This document shows, piece by piece, positions 1 to 13,364 of a DNA stretch of 64,000 bases (position 1 is the first letter of the stretch; the number at the start of each line of letters is the position of its first letter). The notes under the pieces were generated by a model. The model saw only the letters and a list, made by a program, of their open reading frames with translations, was not told the DNA's origin and ran no database searches. Origin of the DNA: Octopus vulgaris (Eukaryota); the NCBI GenBank assembly GCA_951406725.2, contig OX597821.1, positions 21,824,001 to 21,888,000 of the forward strand, given 5' to 3'. Position numbers and translations under genes: made by a program.

Positions 1-247
1 TAGACATGCCGTGGCATGGACACTCAGATACTCACACGCACGCACACACACACACACATACATACACACACACGAGCATACATACACACATACATGTAGC
101 TAGCACTTATCAGAGATGTTGATATAACAAAATCTGTGCCAGAAGACTTAAAGAATCTGATTCACTTCAGCTTTGATGTTTAGAGTAACGGAAGTAATGT
201 TGAGCTAAACTACAACGTGGACAGACGTCTTCTACATCATCGCCACG

Positions 248-257
248 ATTATTATTG

Positions 258-307
<50 letters not shown>

Positions 308-338
308 ATTATTATTATTATTAATATTATTATTATTA

Positions 339-391
<53 letters not shown>
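248..391. repeat. (ATT)n trinucleotide microsatellite, also the 3' tail or target of the adjacent repeat
   Basis: Direct reading. It explains the poly-Asn ORF 167..496. Confidence 0.95.
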
Positions 392-935
392 GAGTGAGAG
401 AGCAGAGCATGCCATCAAAGTGACACTGGGGTAAAATATACGAAGCCCAGCATACCCATCATGACTACCCGTCTGATAAGGGTACACCAGGCACATGCAT
501 CACAACCATATGTGCGCGACATGGTGATCTCATATCAAGATAAACAGCGCATGACCTTGCAGTTGGGGCCCAGTTATAATTTTCTTCAGTTCGAGTAACC
601 CATCCCGCTCAAAAGGTCCCTGAATAAAGGTTAAGGATGTTGAACAAAACACCCATGTTTCCAGAAGTGAGTTATCCAAACCGCAAAGAATTCCTCTCAA
701 AACATGGATATGGTGCTCCCCTACTACTTCTGCTCATGGTCAGAGATGCACATATCGTCAGCCCCTAAGGGACACGCTCAACTGGCTATGGACAAACAAC
801 TGACAAGCAAATCTGTGGTATTGAGCAGAATATTTGCTGTAGTCCATCTTTTATACCAAGACAAAACAATGTACATAACACTTCCAATCAGTTAAGAAGC
901 CATGAAAACCACTGCCTGGTACTGCATCAGGGCAT
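392..935 (-). mobile_element. ~545 bp interspersed repeat family A ending in (AAT)n on the - strand, probably a non-autonomous non-LTR element or LINE 3' UTR
   Basis: Highly similar copy at 3486-4034 and a diverged copy at 4088-4690. The two full-length copies lie between (ATT)n/(ACT)n arrays. Confidence 0.75.
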
Positions 936-938
936 TAA

Positions 939-1118
<180 letters not shown>

Positions 1119-1417
1119 TGTGCTATCTAAAGACGACCAGCACCAACAGTTTTATACCATCACCATTGCACCACTATCTCTAATCCACCTCCCCTAAACG
1201 CTAGCACCATTCTGTTCACTTCGACCAACCAACACAAATACTTATAGCACTATTTCTTAATATTACATTACAAACCCTACGACAGTAATGCTGTACCAGC
1301 ACCACTATACTATCTCCTGTACCACCAATTTTTTTCACACTGCCACTTCGCCAATACCGTTATTCCAGCGTCACTACATTTTAGCCATTTCGCCATCGAC
1401 GCCGCCCCCCACGAACG

Positions 1418-2820
1418 TTGCCACCATCGCCATCACCACCACCACTCACATCAACAACATTACCACTACCTCTGCTTCATTTGCACCGCCACTACTACCA
1501 CCATGAACCACCATCATCACCATCACCCACAAACACTCCTGCCAGCAACACCACCGCCACCACTTTACCATCACTACAAACCACCAACACTACCACAACA
1601 ACCATCACCACCACTACCACCACAACCATCACCACTATCACCACTCCAACCATCATTACCACCATCACCACCACCACCATTCCCACTATTATCACCACTA
1701 CCACTATCAACATCACCACTAGCACTATCACCACCACCACCACCACCACCATCATTACACCATCACCACCACTACTATCCCCACTATCACCACCATCATC
1801 AGCACCATCACCATTACCACTATCACCACCACCACCATCATTACCACCACTACTACCATCATCACCACCACCACCACCACAATCATCACCACAACCGCCA
1901 CCACCATCAGCACCATCACCCACACCACTACCGCCACTTCTGTCACCATCATCCCTACAACCTACCACAACCACCACTAGTACAGTATTCTATCACCACC
2001 AACATCACCACAACCACGATCATCACCACCACTACTACCATTACCACACTACTACCATCCCCACATTATTACCACCACCACAACCATCACCATATCCATC
2101 AACAATACCGCCCCTACCATCACCACCATTATTACCATTCGAACCACGACCATCATCACAACCACCACTGACACCACCACCATTACCATTTCCACCATCA
2201 CCACAACCACCACTGACAAAACCACACTTACCAACACCATCACCATTTCCACCATTACCATTCGCACCACCACCATCATCACAACCACCACTGACACCGC
2301 CACCAATACCACCACCATCACCACCACCACCATCGCCACAACCTCCACTATTTCCCAATCCCTACCACCATCACCAACACCATTACTATTTCCACCACCA
2401 CCATCGCCACAACCACCACTATTTCCCAATACCACCACCATTACTATTTCCACCACCACCATCACCACCACCATTACTATTTCCACCACCACCATCACCA
2501 CAACCACCACTATTTCCCAATACCACCACCATCACCAACATCATTACCATTCTTACCACCACCATCATCACAACCACCACTGACACCACCACCACCGTCA
2601 CCATCACCATTACCACCACTAAATCCCAATCCCCACCACAATCACCACCATCACCACCACCTCTACCATCACCACCATCATTACCATTCGCACCACCACC
2701 ACCATCATCACAACTACCACTGGCACCACCACCTCTACCATTACAATCTCCGCTCTCATCACCACCATCACATCCACTACCAAAATATTTACCACCACCA
2801 CCACCACCACCACCACCCAG
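1418..2820. repeat. Degenerate (CAC/CAT/CCA)n low-complexity array with internal higher-order units
   Basis: Strong C/A strand bias. Recurring units such as caccaccatcatcacaaccaccactgacacc and ctatttcc. ORFs in several frames are homopolymeric (P/T/H/V/G). Confidence 0.9.
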
Positions 2821-3021
2821 CAAGATATTACTAATATGTTCTGGCTAACTGCCAAAACTGTATATTTTCCATTTTCCCATCAATTCTTGTCATTCCAACT
2901 TAACTTTCGTTTCGTTACATTACTCTCCCGCCAACTACACCCCGCTAATACCATCACAAAATATTCCAGCAGCGAGTGCAGAGAGAGATAGCAGAAAAAC
3001 TACCTCACAGTACTACTACTG

Positions 3022-3060
<39 letters not shown>

Positions 3061-3120
3061 TAAATAATAATAATAATAATAATAATGATGATGATAACAA
3101 CAACAACAACAATAATAATA

Positions 3121-3151
<31 letters not shown>

Positions 3152-3215
3152 TAGTAGTAGTAATAATAATAAAAACAATAAGTTTTTCATCTTTTATTTC
3201 TTCAGCAATATTGTT

Positions 3216-3447
3216 ATTTATTTATTGCGCAGAGAGGGCTAAACACAGAGAGGACAAACAAGGACAGATAAACAGATTAAGTCGATTATATCGACCTCAG
3301 TGCATGACTGGTACTTATTTAATTGACCCCTGAAAGGATGAAAGGCAAAGTCGACCTCGGCTGAATTTGAATTCAGAACGTAACGACAGCCGAAATACCG
3401 CTAAGGATTTCGCCTGACGTGCTAACGATTCTGCCACTTCGCCGCCC
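3216..3447 (-). mobile_element. SINE family C (tRNA-like head, Nin-domain-like core)
   Basis: Reverse complement of the unit ggcggcgagctggcagaatcgttagcacg...gttcaaattccgccgaggtcgactttgcctttcatcctttcggggtcgataaattaagtaccag, which recurs many times in the window. Confidence 0.8.
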
Positions 3448-3484
<37 letters not shown>

Positions 3485-3485
3485 T

Positions 3486-4034
3486 GAGTGAGAGAGCAGT
3501 GCATGCCATCAAAGTGACACTGGGGTAAAATATACGAAGCCCAATATACCCATCATGACTACCCGTCTGATAAGGGTACACCAGGCACATGCATCACAAC
3601 CATATGTGCGCGACATGGTGATCTCATATCAAGATAAACAGCACATGACCTTGCAGTTGGGGCCCAGTTAGAATTTTCTTCAGGTTGAGTTGCCCATCCC
3701 GCTCAAAAGGTCCCCGAATACGGGTTGTTTAAGGATGTTGAAAGAACCACCCATGTTTCCAGAGGTGAATTATTCAAACCCCAAAGAATCCCTCTCAACA
3801 CATGGCTATGATGCTCTCCCACTACTTCTGCTCGTGATCAGAGATGCACATATCGTCAGCCACTAAGGGACATGCTCAACTGGTTAAGGTCAAACAACTG
3901 ACAAGCAAATCTGTGGTATTGAGCAGAATATTTGCTGTAGCCCATCTTTTAAACAAAGACAAAACAATGTACATGATAACACTTCCAATCAGTTAAGATC
4001 AGAAGCCATGAGAGCCACTGCCTGGTACTGCATC
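3486..4034 (-). mobile_element. Repeat family A, second copy
   Basis: Near-identical to 392-935, with (ATT)n on both sides. Confidence 0.8.
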
Positions 4035-4086
<52 letters not shown>

Positions 4087-4087
4087 T

Positions 4088-4690
4088 CAGTGAAAGAAAA
4101 TCGCATGCCATCAAAGTAACACAGTGGTACAGATATACGAAACCTAATATACCCATAATGACTACCCATCTGATAACGGTACGCCAAGCACCCGCATCAC
4201 AACCATGTGTGCATCATGATGATCTCATATCAAGATAAACAGTGCATGACCTTGCAGGTGGGGCCCTTTAAGGCGGCGAGCTGGCAGAAACGTTAGCACG
4301 CCGGGTGAAATGCTTAGCGGTATTTCGCCTGTCGTTACGTTCTGAGTTCAAATTCCTCCAAGGTCAACTTAGCCTTTCATCCTTTCGGGGTCGATAAATT
4401 AAGTACCAGTTTCGCACTGGAGTCGATGTAATCGACTTAATCCCTTTGTCTGTCCTTGTTTGTCCCCTCTATGTTTAGCCCCTTGTGGGTAGTAAAAAAA
4501 ATAGGTGGGGCCCAAAGATATTCCTCTCAACACATGGCTATGATGGATCCCCCACTACTCTTGTTCGTGATCAGAGATGCACATATCGTCAGCCACGGTA
4601 CTGAGCAGAATATTTGCTGTAGCCCATCTTATATACTGTGACAAAACATATACCTGTTAGCACTCATGATCAGTTAAAATCAGAAACCAT
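4088..4690 (-). mobile_element. Repeat family A, diverged copy interrupted by a SINE
   Basis: Homologous segments at 4088-4266 and 4503-4690. Confidence 0.7.
4270..4502 (+). mobile_element. Full-length SINE family C with 11-bp target-site duplication
   Basis: aggtggggccc at 4256-4266 and again at 4503-4513 flanks the element, which has an A-rich 3' end. Confidence 0.85.
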
Positions 4691-4696
4691 GAGAAC

Positions 4697-5049
4697 AAAC
4701 GTTAGCACGCCTGGCGAAATGCTTAGTGGTATTTCGTCTATCTTTACGTTCTGACTTCAAATTCCACAGAGGTTGACTTTGCCTTTCATCCTTTCAGGGT
4801 CGATAAATTAAGTACCAGTTGTGTACTGGGATCGATCTAATCGACTGGCCCCCTCCCCAAAAGTTTCGGGCCTTGTGCCTAGAGTAGAAAAGAATCGTTA
4901 GCACGGCGGGCGAAAAGCTTAATGTTATTTCGTCTATCTTCACACTCTGACTTCAAATTCCGGCGAGGTCGACTTTGCATTTCATCCTTTCGGGGTCGAC
5001 AAAATAAGTACCAGTAGTGAACTGGGGTCCATGAAATTGACTTATCCCC
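4697..5049 (+). mobile_element. Two tandem partial SINE family C copies
   Basis: Repeated gttagcacg...aaattcc...gactttgc...ttcatcctttc.gggtcga unit. Confidence 0.8.
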
Positions 5050-6470
5050 CTAAAGGTTACTATGTCCTACTGGCAGTTTGTCATTCATTTCCAGGTAGCT
5101 ATTCACATAATTAGAAATTATTCCTCTCATCAGCTTCCACATCAAGGGCAAGTAGGTGATAGGCCAGTAATTATCCTTTGGGCTAAGAATTGTTTTACCT
5201 GTAGTCAGCCACTTTGGGATTTGTACACCGTTGTTTATCATGTTATCAATTGGCGTGGCTATTCTGTGTAATGCTGGGAAATTTTTCTGCCAACGTCCTT
5301 GCACCTCATTTGATTCTGGACATTTCCAGTTTGGGATCTTTGGTATTTGTTCGGTTACCATTTCAGTCAATATTCTAATATTACTCTATTTCACCTCATA
5401 TTTTTCCGACCATTTAACCTCTTTGTTATGCTTTCTTCCATTATCCCAGATATTTCTCCAAAACCTTTTACTTTCTTCAGCGTCTGGTCTCTCGCTGCTG
5501 TTAACCTTTCAATTCAGTTGTTGATAAACTCTTTTCTGGTTTTGTTGGAACAATCTGTTGATTTTATATTAAGTTCTTTGGTCATATCTCTTGATCTTTG
5601 TCGCTTTAGCCTACAATTTTGTGTCAGCTCTTCAGGAGCTACATTCAATCCCCTTTTCTTTATCCTATGTCTACGTTCTACTTCCTGATATTTCTCCTCC
5701 CTCTTGATTTCACTTTTCTTTCTTTCTTTCTAAGATGTTGATATGTTTTCGTAGTTCGTTCATCGATTGTTTTATTCTTCCTTTCCTTCAAGGTTCTTTT
5801 TCTTCATTCCTACATTTACGGTTTGGTTTGAGGCCTACTTTATTTCCGATAGAGATGATGCAGGCTTTAATCAATCTATTCGTTCCGGCTAAATTATTTG
5901 TCGTGATTTCTTTCAGTATTTTATTCACCTTAAGGGTTCACCCGCTGAGCAAATTTCTATCTACTTTGCTGAATCCATTTATTTAGATATCCAGGGCTTG
6001 AGACATTATACTTCTCCCGGTTAATCTCATTAAGTGCAGCATCGTTAGCATTCTCTGTATCTGCTTCTGCATCGCTCCACATGTTTCCGGTCATCACCTT
6101 CCTCCTAATCTCATCGAGCTCTAGTACTGTTAGCCATCCTTTCTTTCTTATTGCTCTTACCTGGTCACAGAGTCTCCATCTATGCGCTATGCATCTTCTT
6201 TATAGATCCTCTTATGAGTCTCCCTTCATTATCAGTGAGTCTACTAAAAAAATAACATTCTATGATAGCTAGAATCATCGTTTTAGTCCATTTAGTTCTA
6301 ACAGCCGTATATTGACGACTGGACCTGTGCTGCTCACCCACAGGGTACCAGCCGGACGAAAATCCGTCACTTGTGGTTCCGTCCTCATTTACGCCGTTGT
6401 TTGTGTTAATTCTATTATTCACTACACTCATGCAGAGAGAAGTATTGATAAGGTGTCACAACCACCATTA
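5050..6470 (-). mobile_element. R4/Dong-clade non-LTR retrotransposon, 5' portion (Myb-like N-terminus to start of RT), frameshifted
   Basis: Peptides RTKWTKTMILAIIECYF...KKMHSA and PNWKCP..VQGRW..IPKWLTTGKTILSPKD.NYWPITYLPLMWKLMRGII match the pattern of R4/Dong ORF N-terminus and early RT motifs. Confidence 0.8.
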
Positions 6471-6558
6471 TTTTTATCGAGACACCATTTCTAGAAAGGT
6501 TTGTCTAAAAAATCTCAAAGAGGCCCTTTTCCCCCTTAAAAGTTTCAGTGAACTGCCC

Positions 6559-6840
6559 TTGTTGTTGTTGTTGTTGTTGTTGTTCTTGCTTTTTACACCT
6601 CAGAGCGTTCGATCTTGTTTGCATTGGTGGATTCTGAGAGAGTGGACAACAACCTGTTGCCAAAGGTCTCACAAGGTCTCTTTTCGCACATTATAACCTT
6701 TGATAATTGGTTGTTAATTATTATGGGAGACATTTAACATCCAAGTACCAATCTCAAATTCTTAGATATCCCCAGCAGAACAGTTTGGGGGGCTTGCTCT
6801 GCTCTCATGTCAATTCCGATTTCTCTGACATGTTTCTCGA
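6559..6840 (-). mobile_element. R4/Dong 3' end: ORF C-terminus, 3' UTR and (CAA)n tail
   Basis: The - strand translates EKHVREIGIDMRAEQAPQTVLLGISKNLRLVLGC*, similar to the R4/Dong terminal motif QKTALLGTARILRKVL. It ends in (CAA)n. Confidence 0.7.
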
Positions 6841-6989
6841 CCTTGGGCAGGTGTCCTCTACTATATCCTCTGGCCGGCAAAAAATAAAGTCAGAAATTAG
6901 TTACGTATCAATTACACAGTTGGTTATTAACAAGTTTGCGGATAGAATTCTGAGTAATGTCTGCTGTGCTTGACAAATTCCCAAATCCA

Positions 6990-7330
6990 TATTGAAATTA
7001 TTCGAGTCTTGGAGCATCAAATTTTTTCTCTTTGTAACAAAGAAGAGTATGCAACATGCAATCGAAATTGCAGCTTGTATAAAGTGAAGCCGAGGACAAA
7101 CTTTTGTAACTTGAGGTTAGTTAACTTAGTGTTCTTTAAGGACCATATATACTTGGACAATGTTGTGTCACGTCTTTTTCAAGTGAATATTTAGGGCCGT
7201 GAACCACAACTCTCATAAAGGGACAGCCGGTAAGGTAATAACAGTTATTTTCGAAGAGAGGATCATACTGCTTGAGTGAAATACTTTCCTGGTGTTAAAA
7301 TTGCTGGTAGAGACTACAACAATATCAAGA
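6990..7330 (-). mobile_element. Penelope-like element GIY-YIG endonuclease remnant
   Basis: The - strand gives RRDTTLSKYIWSLKN followed by a C..LC.KEK-like segment, typical of PLE endonuclease C-termini. Confidence 0.6.
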
Positions 7331-7862
7331 TTTTAAAATGTCTGTACTAAAAGATTTACCGGAAAGTTTCAAGTTGTAAGGTAATGAACCATTAAATTAA
7401 AAAGCGAGGTAAACCATAGAAAGTTCTAACTCAATTTTTGCATTCATAGACATTGGTTTCATTTTTAATGTAATAAATATTTTCTATGTAGCAGCTGTGG
7501 GATGATGTTTGATTATAATGGTGTGCAACGCTATTTAAGATGGCCTCCACACACACACACACACACACACACGCATATATATTTATATACATATATATAT
7601 GCATAGAGATGCATATGTATATATACAGACATACACACACACACACATATATATACATATATATTTGCATATATATATATATATACATAAAAATGCATAT
7701 ATGTGTGTGTTTTTAGTGTGTTTGTGCGTGCGTGTGTGTGTGTGCATGCGCACACACAATTGGACATGCAGATAAACAGAAGCACACTCATAGATACGTA
7801 CAGGTGTGTCGATTATATAAAGTACATAATATTCAGCATTATTGATGTTTGTGATTGCAACA

Positions 7863-7900
<38 letters not shown>

Positions 7901-7910
7901 AAAAGTTACA

Positions 7911-7945
7911 ACTCAATAATTTCTTTTCTTTCTTTTCAGGTAAGT
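7911..7945 (+). promoter_or_regulatory. Candidate recursive splice site (3' acceptor fused to 5' donor, zero-length exon)
   Basis: actcaat branch-like motif, pure pyrimidine tract ttcttttctttctttt, then CAG|GTAAGT at 7937-7945. Confidence 0.4.
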
Positions 7946-8143
7946 GTCCAATATCTTCTATCTAATTATTGGTAAATATATGCTGCCAGTCTTGGTGATG
8001 TCTGTCCAGTTATTAGAAGGTTCCGTAAGTAAACAGACCGTCTAAGATGATAAACAATTTCGTTTTGAATATTAGCACAATATGGTTTGTATGATAGAGT
8101 GCATGAATATATACGTATGTCCGTATGTACATCACTTATGTGC

Positions 8144-8206
<63 letters not shown>

Positions 8207-8352
8207 TGTGTGTGTGTGTTTGTACGTATATATATATATTATATATGTAACTATATATCATTTTATCATTTTATATATATATATATATATATATCATTAT
8301 ATAAATCTATATATGTACATATATATAGTATATATATCATTATATATATATG

Positions 8353-8421
<69 letters not shown>

Positions 8422-8557
8422 GTGTGTGTGTGTATGTATGTATGCATATATATGAAACAAATATGGACATACATTTTAGATATGCACATTCATGCATATA
8501 TACTGACATGTATATATATATATATATATATACACTCACACACACTTCATGTTTGAG

Positions 8558-8635
8558 GCTCTAATGAAGCTTTAAGGTGTTACCCAGGCACTCAACCATG
8601 AGTTGCCGCATCTTATTGTGGAAACAGCTGTAAGC
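8558..8635 (+). ncRNA. Degenerate type-I hammerhead ribozyme (G5->A)
   Basis: gct-CTAATGA-(long stem II containing taaggtg/catctta and ggcactca/tgagttgcc)-GAAA-cagctg-TA-agc. Stem III is the palindrome ACAGCTGT. Confidence 0.45.
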
Positions 8636-8723
8636 TATTGAAATTCATAAGCTAATCGGTTATTCCTTTGTCAACTCTCTTCTTCTAAATATAAATGTGT
8701 GCATGTATGTATGTATGTATATA

Positions 8724-8759
<36 letters not shown>

Positions 8760-9145
8760 CATTTGCAAAGCGTTACATTTACAATTCCGTGAGTAATATC
8801 TATGTATGTACAGTTATTTGTCAGATAATTTCACCCCATTTCTACGTTTCTATGTATCCATCCATATAACGTTTTTGCTGTGTTCCAATCCTTGGATAAA
8901 TCAATATTCCATTTGCCTACTTATCCATATTTGCCTACTTATCCATATTTGCCTACCTGCCTATTTGCCCATTCATCAGACTCTCCATCGATCTTTCTGT
9001 ATGTTTCCCAATCTTCTTCGCTTCATCTCTCAGTATAGTTAAATATTAAAAATGTCACGAATCTGACATTTTTGATATTTCATCATTTAAACTCAATATT
9101 TCTCGTACTTGGACACATTCACTGCCATGACCACGCGCGCATGCA

Positions 9146-9177
<32 letters not shown>

Positions 9178-9184
9178 TATCAAA

Positions 9185-10330
9185 TCTTTAAATTCTTTAA
9201 ATTGTTTCAGTTTTAAAGCTGCGGACATGATGGGGCACCACCAATATCTGTGCTATATCATTATTTGAAACCTCTGATATGTAGCATTTGGTGAATGATG
9301 GAGTTGGATGCTGCTGCCCTTATCTGTGTTTCCTGAGGTGAGGTAGGCTCATCTAGAACCCTTGACAGGAGAAGGTCCAGTTTTGTTTTGAAGACACCTA
9401 CATCCACACCATGCAGGCCCCTCGGGTATTTTGGAAGGATACTGAAGAGAGTGGGCCCTTGAAGCCCAATATGTTGCAGTATCTTGTCCTGTATTTTGAT
9501 TGTGGTGCTAGGATCTTTGGCACTGCTGTTTGTGTAACTTTCAATGCCAAAGTTGTTACAAGGCCTTCAGGATTTTCCAGTTGTATATAACTGCATATCT
9601 TTCCAGCCTTCGTTCTTGGGAGAAGAGTTTTAATTTTTTTTTCAGCCTTTCCCAATAGCTGATATATTACATTGAGAAGATTTTCTTCGTGTAGCTTCGT
9701 GGGATGGCTTCGAGTTCCGCTGTTAATTTTATACTGTGAGGTCACAGTTGAGAAAAGTAGTCCGTGCGGCTGAGGACATATGCCCTCCAAAGGACCACCA
9801 TAGTTTCCTTTTCTCACGTTTTGAAAGTTCGGAGGATCCATCCAGCTAGCCGTCTGCATTTTATTAGCAAATTAATAACATACACCTGGAAAGATGCATC
9901 ATTACTCATGTCAGTGCCCAGGCCACGCACTGATTTTGATTCAGGGGTTGCAATTTCTCCCGGGCCAGTATATCTTGTTTGCATGTCGATCGATTCCGTA
10001 TGCTCGTAGTGCAGGGCTTGGAATTTTCTTGCATTAAACTGAATGTTGTTGTCCTCAGCCCACCTGTATATTGCGTCCAGCTCCCATTGCAGATGCGCAA
10101 TATTTCCAGGATTTGTATTTTCTGAGCGGCTTTTTTGTCATACGCATAGCTAGGGCATATCTGAGCGAGTCACTATAAACAGCAGTCATCCTAAGACAGT
10201 ACTCTGCGGAACATCGCTTACTATTTGTGTTTCTTTTAAGGTGGCTCCATTGGCCACCACTACCTGACGTCTAACTTTTAGAAAGTCGTGTAGCCACTCT
10301 CCAAGTTTTCCGACAATACCGAGATCCACA
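9185..10330 (-). mobile_element. CR1/L2-group LINE, 5'-truncated (RT C-terminal half and 3' tail), degenerate
   Basis: [26 protein letters not shown]...[11 protein letters not shown] (GVPQGSVLG motif) and a degenerate YADD region. The 3' end has a stem-loop and a (tttaaagaa)-type tail. Same family at 62190-62830. Confidence 0.85.
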
Positions 10331-10437
10331 TTCATATATATACACACATATGTATGCGTATATATATAGACACATATATATACACGTATATACTTACATA
10401 CATACATATATAACATATGTATAATATATATACACAC

Positions 10438-10492
<55 letters not shown>

Positions 10493-11074
10493 CCTCATAC
10501 ATTATATACATTATTATATTGCATACACATCTTTATACCATGTATACGGTTTATATATATTCTCTAAACATACTACATAAATATATATATTTGTATATAT
10601 AGTTAGTATATATAAATATATGGATGTGAGTGTGTGTTCAAAGTCATTATGTAACACGCCATACAACATATTATTTAATTAATCCTGAATATGATTTCAT
10701 TGCAAGCCTTATTTAAAAAAATATTCACAGGTTATAAACCTGGTTCAAAATTTTCTTTACAATGGTTATTGGAAATATAACTAGGTGTAGTTACAAATTT
10801 TAGCGGTTTAAAAAGTTCTATGGAAACGCAAAATTAATTTTCCACGCGAATATTTTTATAGCAGCACGTGTCAAATGATGAGATAATGCGAAATTCTATC
10901 ATCTACGTGGTTCTTGTACAGCCTCTGCATTGGATTTGGTTAACAGTTTATACCAAAAGTTGTTGCCGCTCATCCGATTCGATGAGTTTGATGTTATGGA
11001 ATTGTTTTGTTCTTTGCTATTATCCTTATTTTGTATTTTGTTTTTGTTTTTGTTGTTTTTCACGTTGTCGTAAG

Positions 11075-11340
11075 ATATAAACTTAGATAAACTTAGATAT
11101 GTTTCGACCAAAGATTGGTCCAGTCCATGTCTAACGTAATAGCACCACCTGATAGGATTATTCGAATCCTGTTTAAGTCAAGTTTTGTTCAAGTAGTGAG
11201 TTCTTGTTGGGTGAGTTGTATCCAATTATAGTAAATGAAGAAAGATTAAAATTTCTGACTATATTCTTAAAGATAACTAGTGCAAGATTATGATCTGTCT
11301 GGATGATTTTCAATGTTTTATTGAGCTTCCTTCGATGAAC
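11075..11340 (-). mobile_element. 3' end of a second CR1-like LINE family with (atctaagttt)n tail
   Basis: Reverse complement of the 3' ends at 13140-13365 and 21490-21730. Confidence 0.8.
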
Positions 11341-11359
11341 ATAACAGAAACCTTTTAGA

Positions 11360-11690
11360 AATTTGAATTCATCATGATATAAACATATACCCTTAGGTTT
11401 TCAACTCGATGATCGACAACAACTTTCTAAGCATGAACATTTCCTTACCAAGCTATCGACTGCGTTTCAAACAAACGTGATACAACTTTCTATAAGTACA
11501 TTTAGGGCTTTAAAGATAAACATAGGTTTCGCTATCAAAACTACAAATCATCAATTGTGCAAAACTGTATTTTGCATGAAGTGGCTTCAATAATCATTGA
11601 ATATCTAGTAACTACACGATATAGTTTCATACTAGCTACATTCTTAACAAAAATTCAAAATTAACACTGTCATGTTGTCAGTGTTATATA
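11360..11690 (+). mobile_element. Penelope-like GIY-YIG endonuclease remnant
   Basis: KRDTTFYKYI and ILNKNSKLTLSCCQ resemble the PLE motifs TTLSKYIW and LLNKRSELISKCRH. Homologous to 6990-7330. Confidence 0.5.
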
Positions 11691-11749
11691 TATACATCAC
11701 TCTTATAAATTAACACTGTTATATATATATATGTATACACGTATATATT

Positions 11750-13364
11750 CTGCAGAAACAATACTACTCTGTCTTGGACATAACCTTTTTTGCTTCAGTC
11801 AGACATCATAGCAGCAATAAATGAGATCAAATACTATTCTGCTGTAGGCCTTGATAGATTCCCCGCTAGTCACCCGAAGGAATGTAGACACCAACTTGCA
11901 GTCCCTCTAACAAAACCAATTCTTTAGACTCAGGTAATGTACCGTTAGAACTCTTATCTCATTCTGTCATTCCGGTTTTCAAGCAGGAAAACACTTCCCT
12001 CGCAGTCAACCGTCACCCAATCTCACTCAACTTCCATATCATTAAAGTGTTTGAAAAGGTTGTGAGATCAAGAATAGCTGGCTTCCTGGAGAACCACAAT
12101 CTCCAAAATCCAAACCAGCATGGCTTTCGCTGTGGCAGGTACTGTCTAACACAGCTCTTATACCATATCGATGATGTCCTTAAAGCCTTGGGGTCAGGTT
12201 CTCTGATGTCATATATCTTGACTTCAGAAAAGTGTTCGACAGAGTCAACCACAATATCCTACTGTCAAAATTGTCAAATATTGGAATCCGTGGAAGACTA
12301 CCACACTGGATTGAGTATTTCCTGGAGAACAGAACACAACATATGGAATTCCTGAAGCCGAACAAAAGTCACCAATGGTGTCCCTCAGGAAACTGTCTTG
12401 GGCCCGCTTCTGTTTATAGTCTAAATAAACAACCTTTCCGGCGTCATAAAACACAGCAAAGTGAAAATATTCACTGACGGCTCCAAACTCGAGAAAATTA
12501 TCAACGGAGAAGAAGACTGAACTGAATTCCAGTTTGGTTTACATGCTGTGAGTCAATGGGAAGACTGAAACAAAATGCTACTAAACGAGGGAAAATTTGA
12601 CCTAATGTATTTTGGAAGAAAGACTATGCTAAAACATACATGTTAACTTCCTTCAGGGAACCCACTCACAGCATCTAATAATATCAGAAACCTAGGAGTA
12701 ACTGTTGATAACAATCTCAGCGGGAGTGCCTGTATAAAGAATAAGGTCGATATAGCTCGTAGGATGAGCTCCTGGGCCTTAAGAACCTTCCGGTCCAGAG
12801 AGCAATGTGTCATCAGTCCTCTTTTCTTCTCCTTTATACGGCAACACCTCGAATGCTGCTGCCCCCTGTGGTCTCCCCATACAAAACAAAACATTTCGAA
12901 ATTGAATCACCCCAGAGGGTATTCATTAAAAGAATTAAGGGCATGGCTAATCTCTATTATTGGGACCGCCTTAAAGCATTTCAACTCTATTGTCTCCAGC
13001 GCCGCCGTGACTGATGCATCATTTGCACGATGTGGAGAATATACCACCAGCTTTGTCCACATGAGTCATCCAAGGCTAGGACTACGGACCATACGTTCCC
13101 TGAGCGGCAGCCCTATTTAACATTGTCCCAAAACCGATCAAAGAGGGAAAAGATCCCATCACCTTTAAACGGAATTTGGACAAATTTCTTGAAGGATACC
13201 AGAAAAGCTATCTATACTTGGATACAACACTCTCAACAAGAACTCCCTTCTCAAATGGACCACGATACCACAAAACTTTAAAAGGATTTAGCTAACCCTA
13301 TCTGGTGGTGCTATTAAGTTAGACGTGGCCTGGACAAATCTTTGGCCGAAGTTTATCTAAGTTT

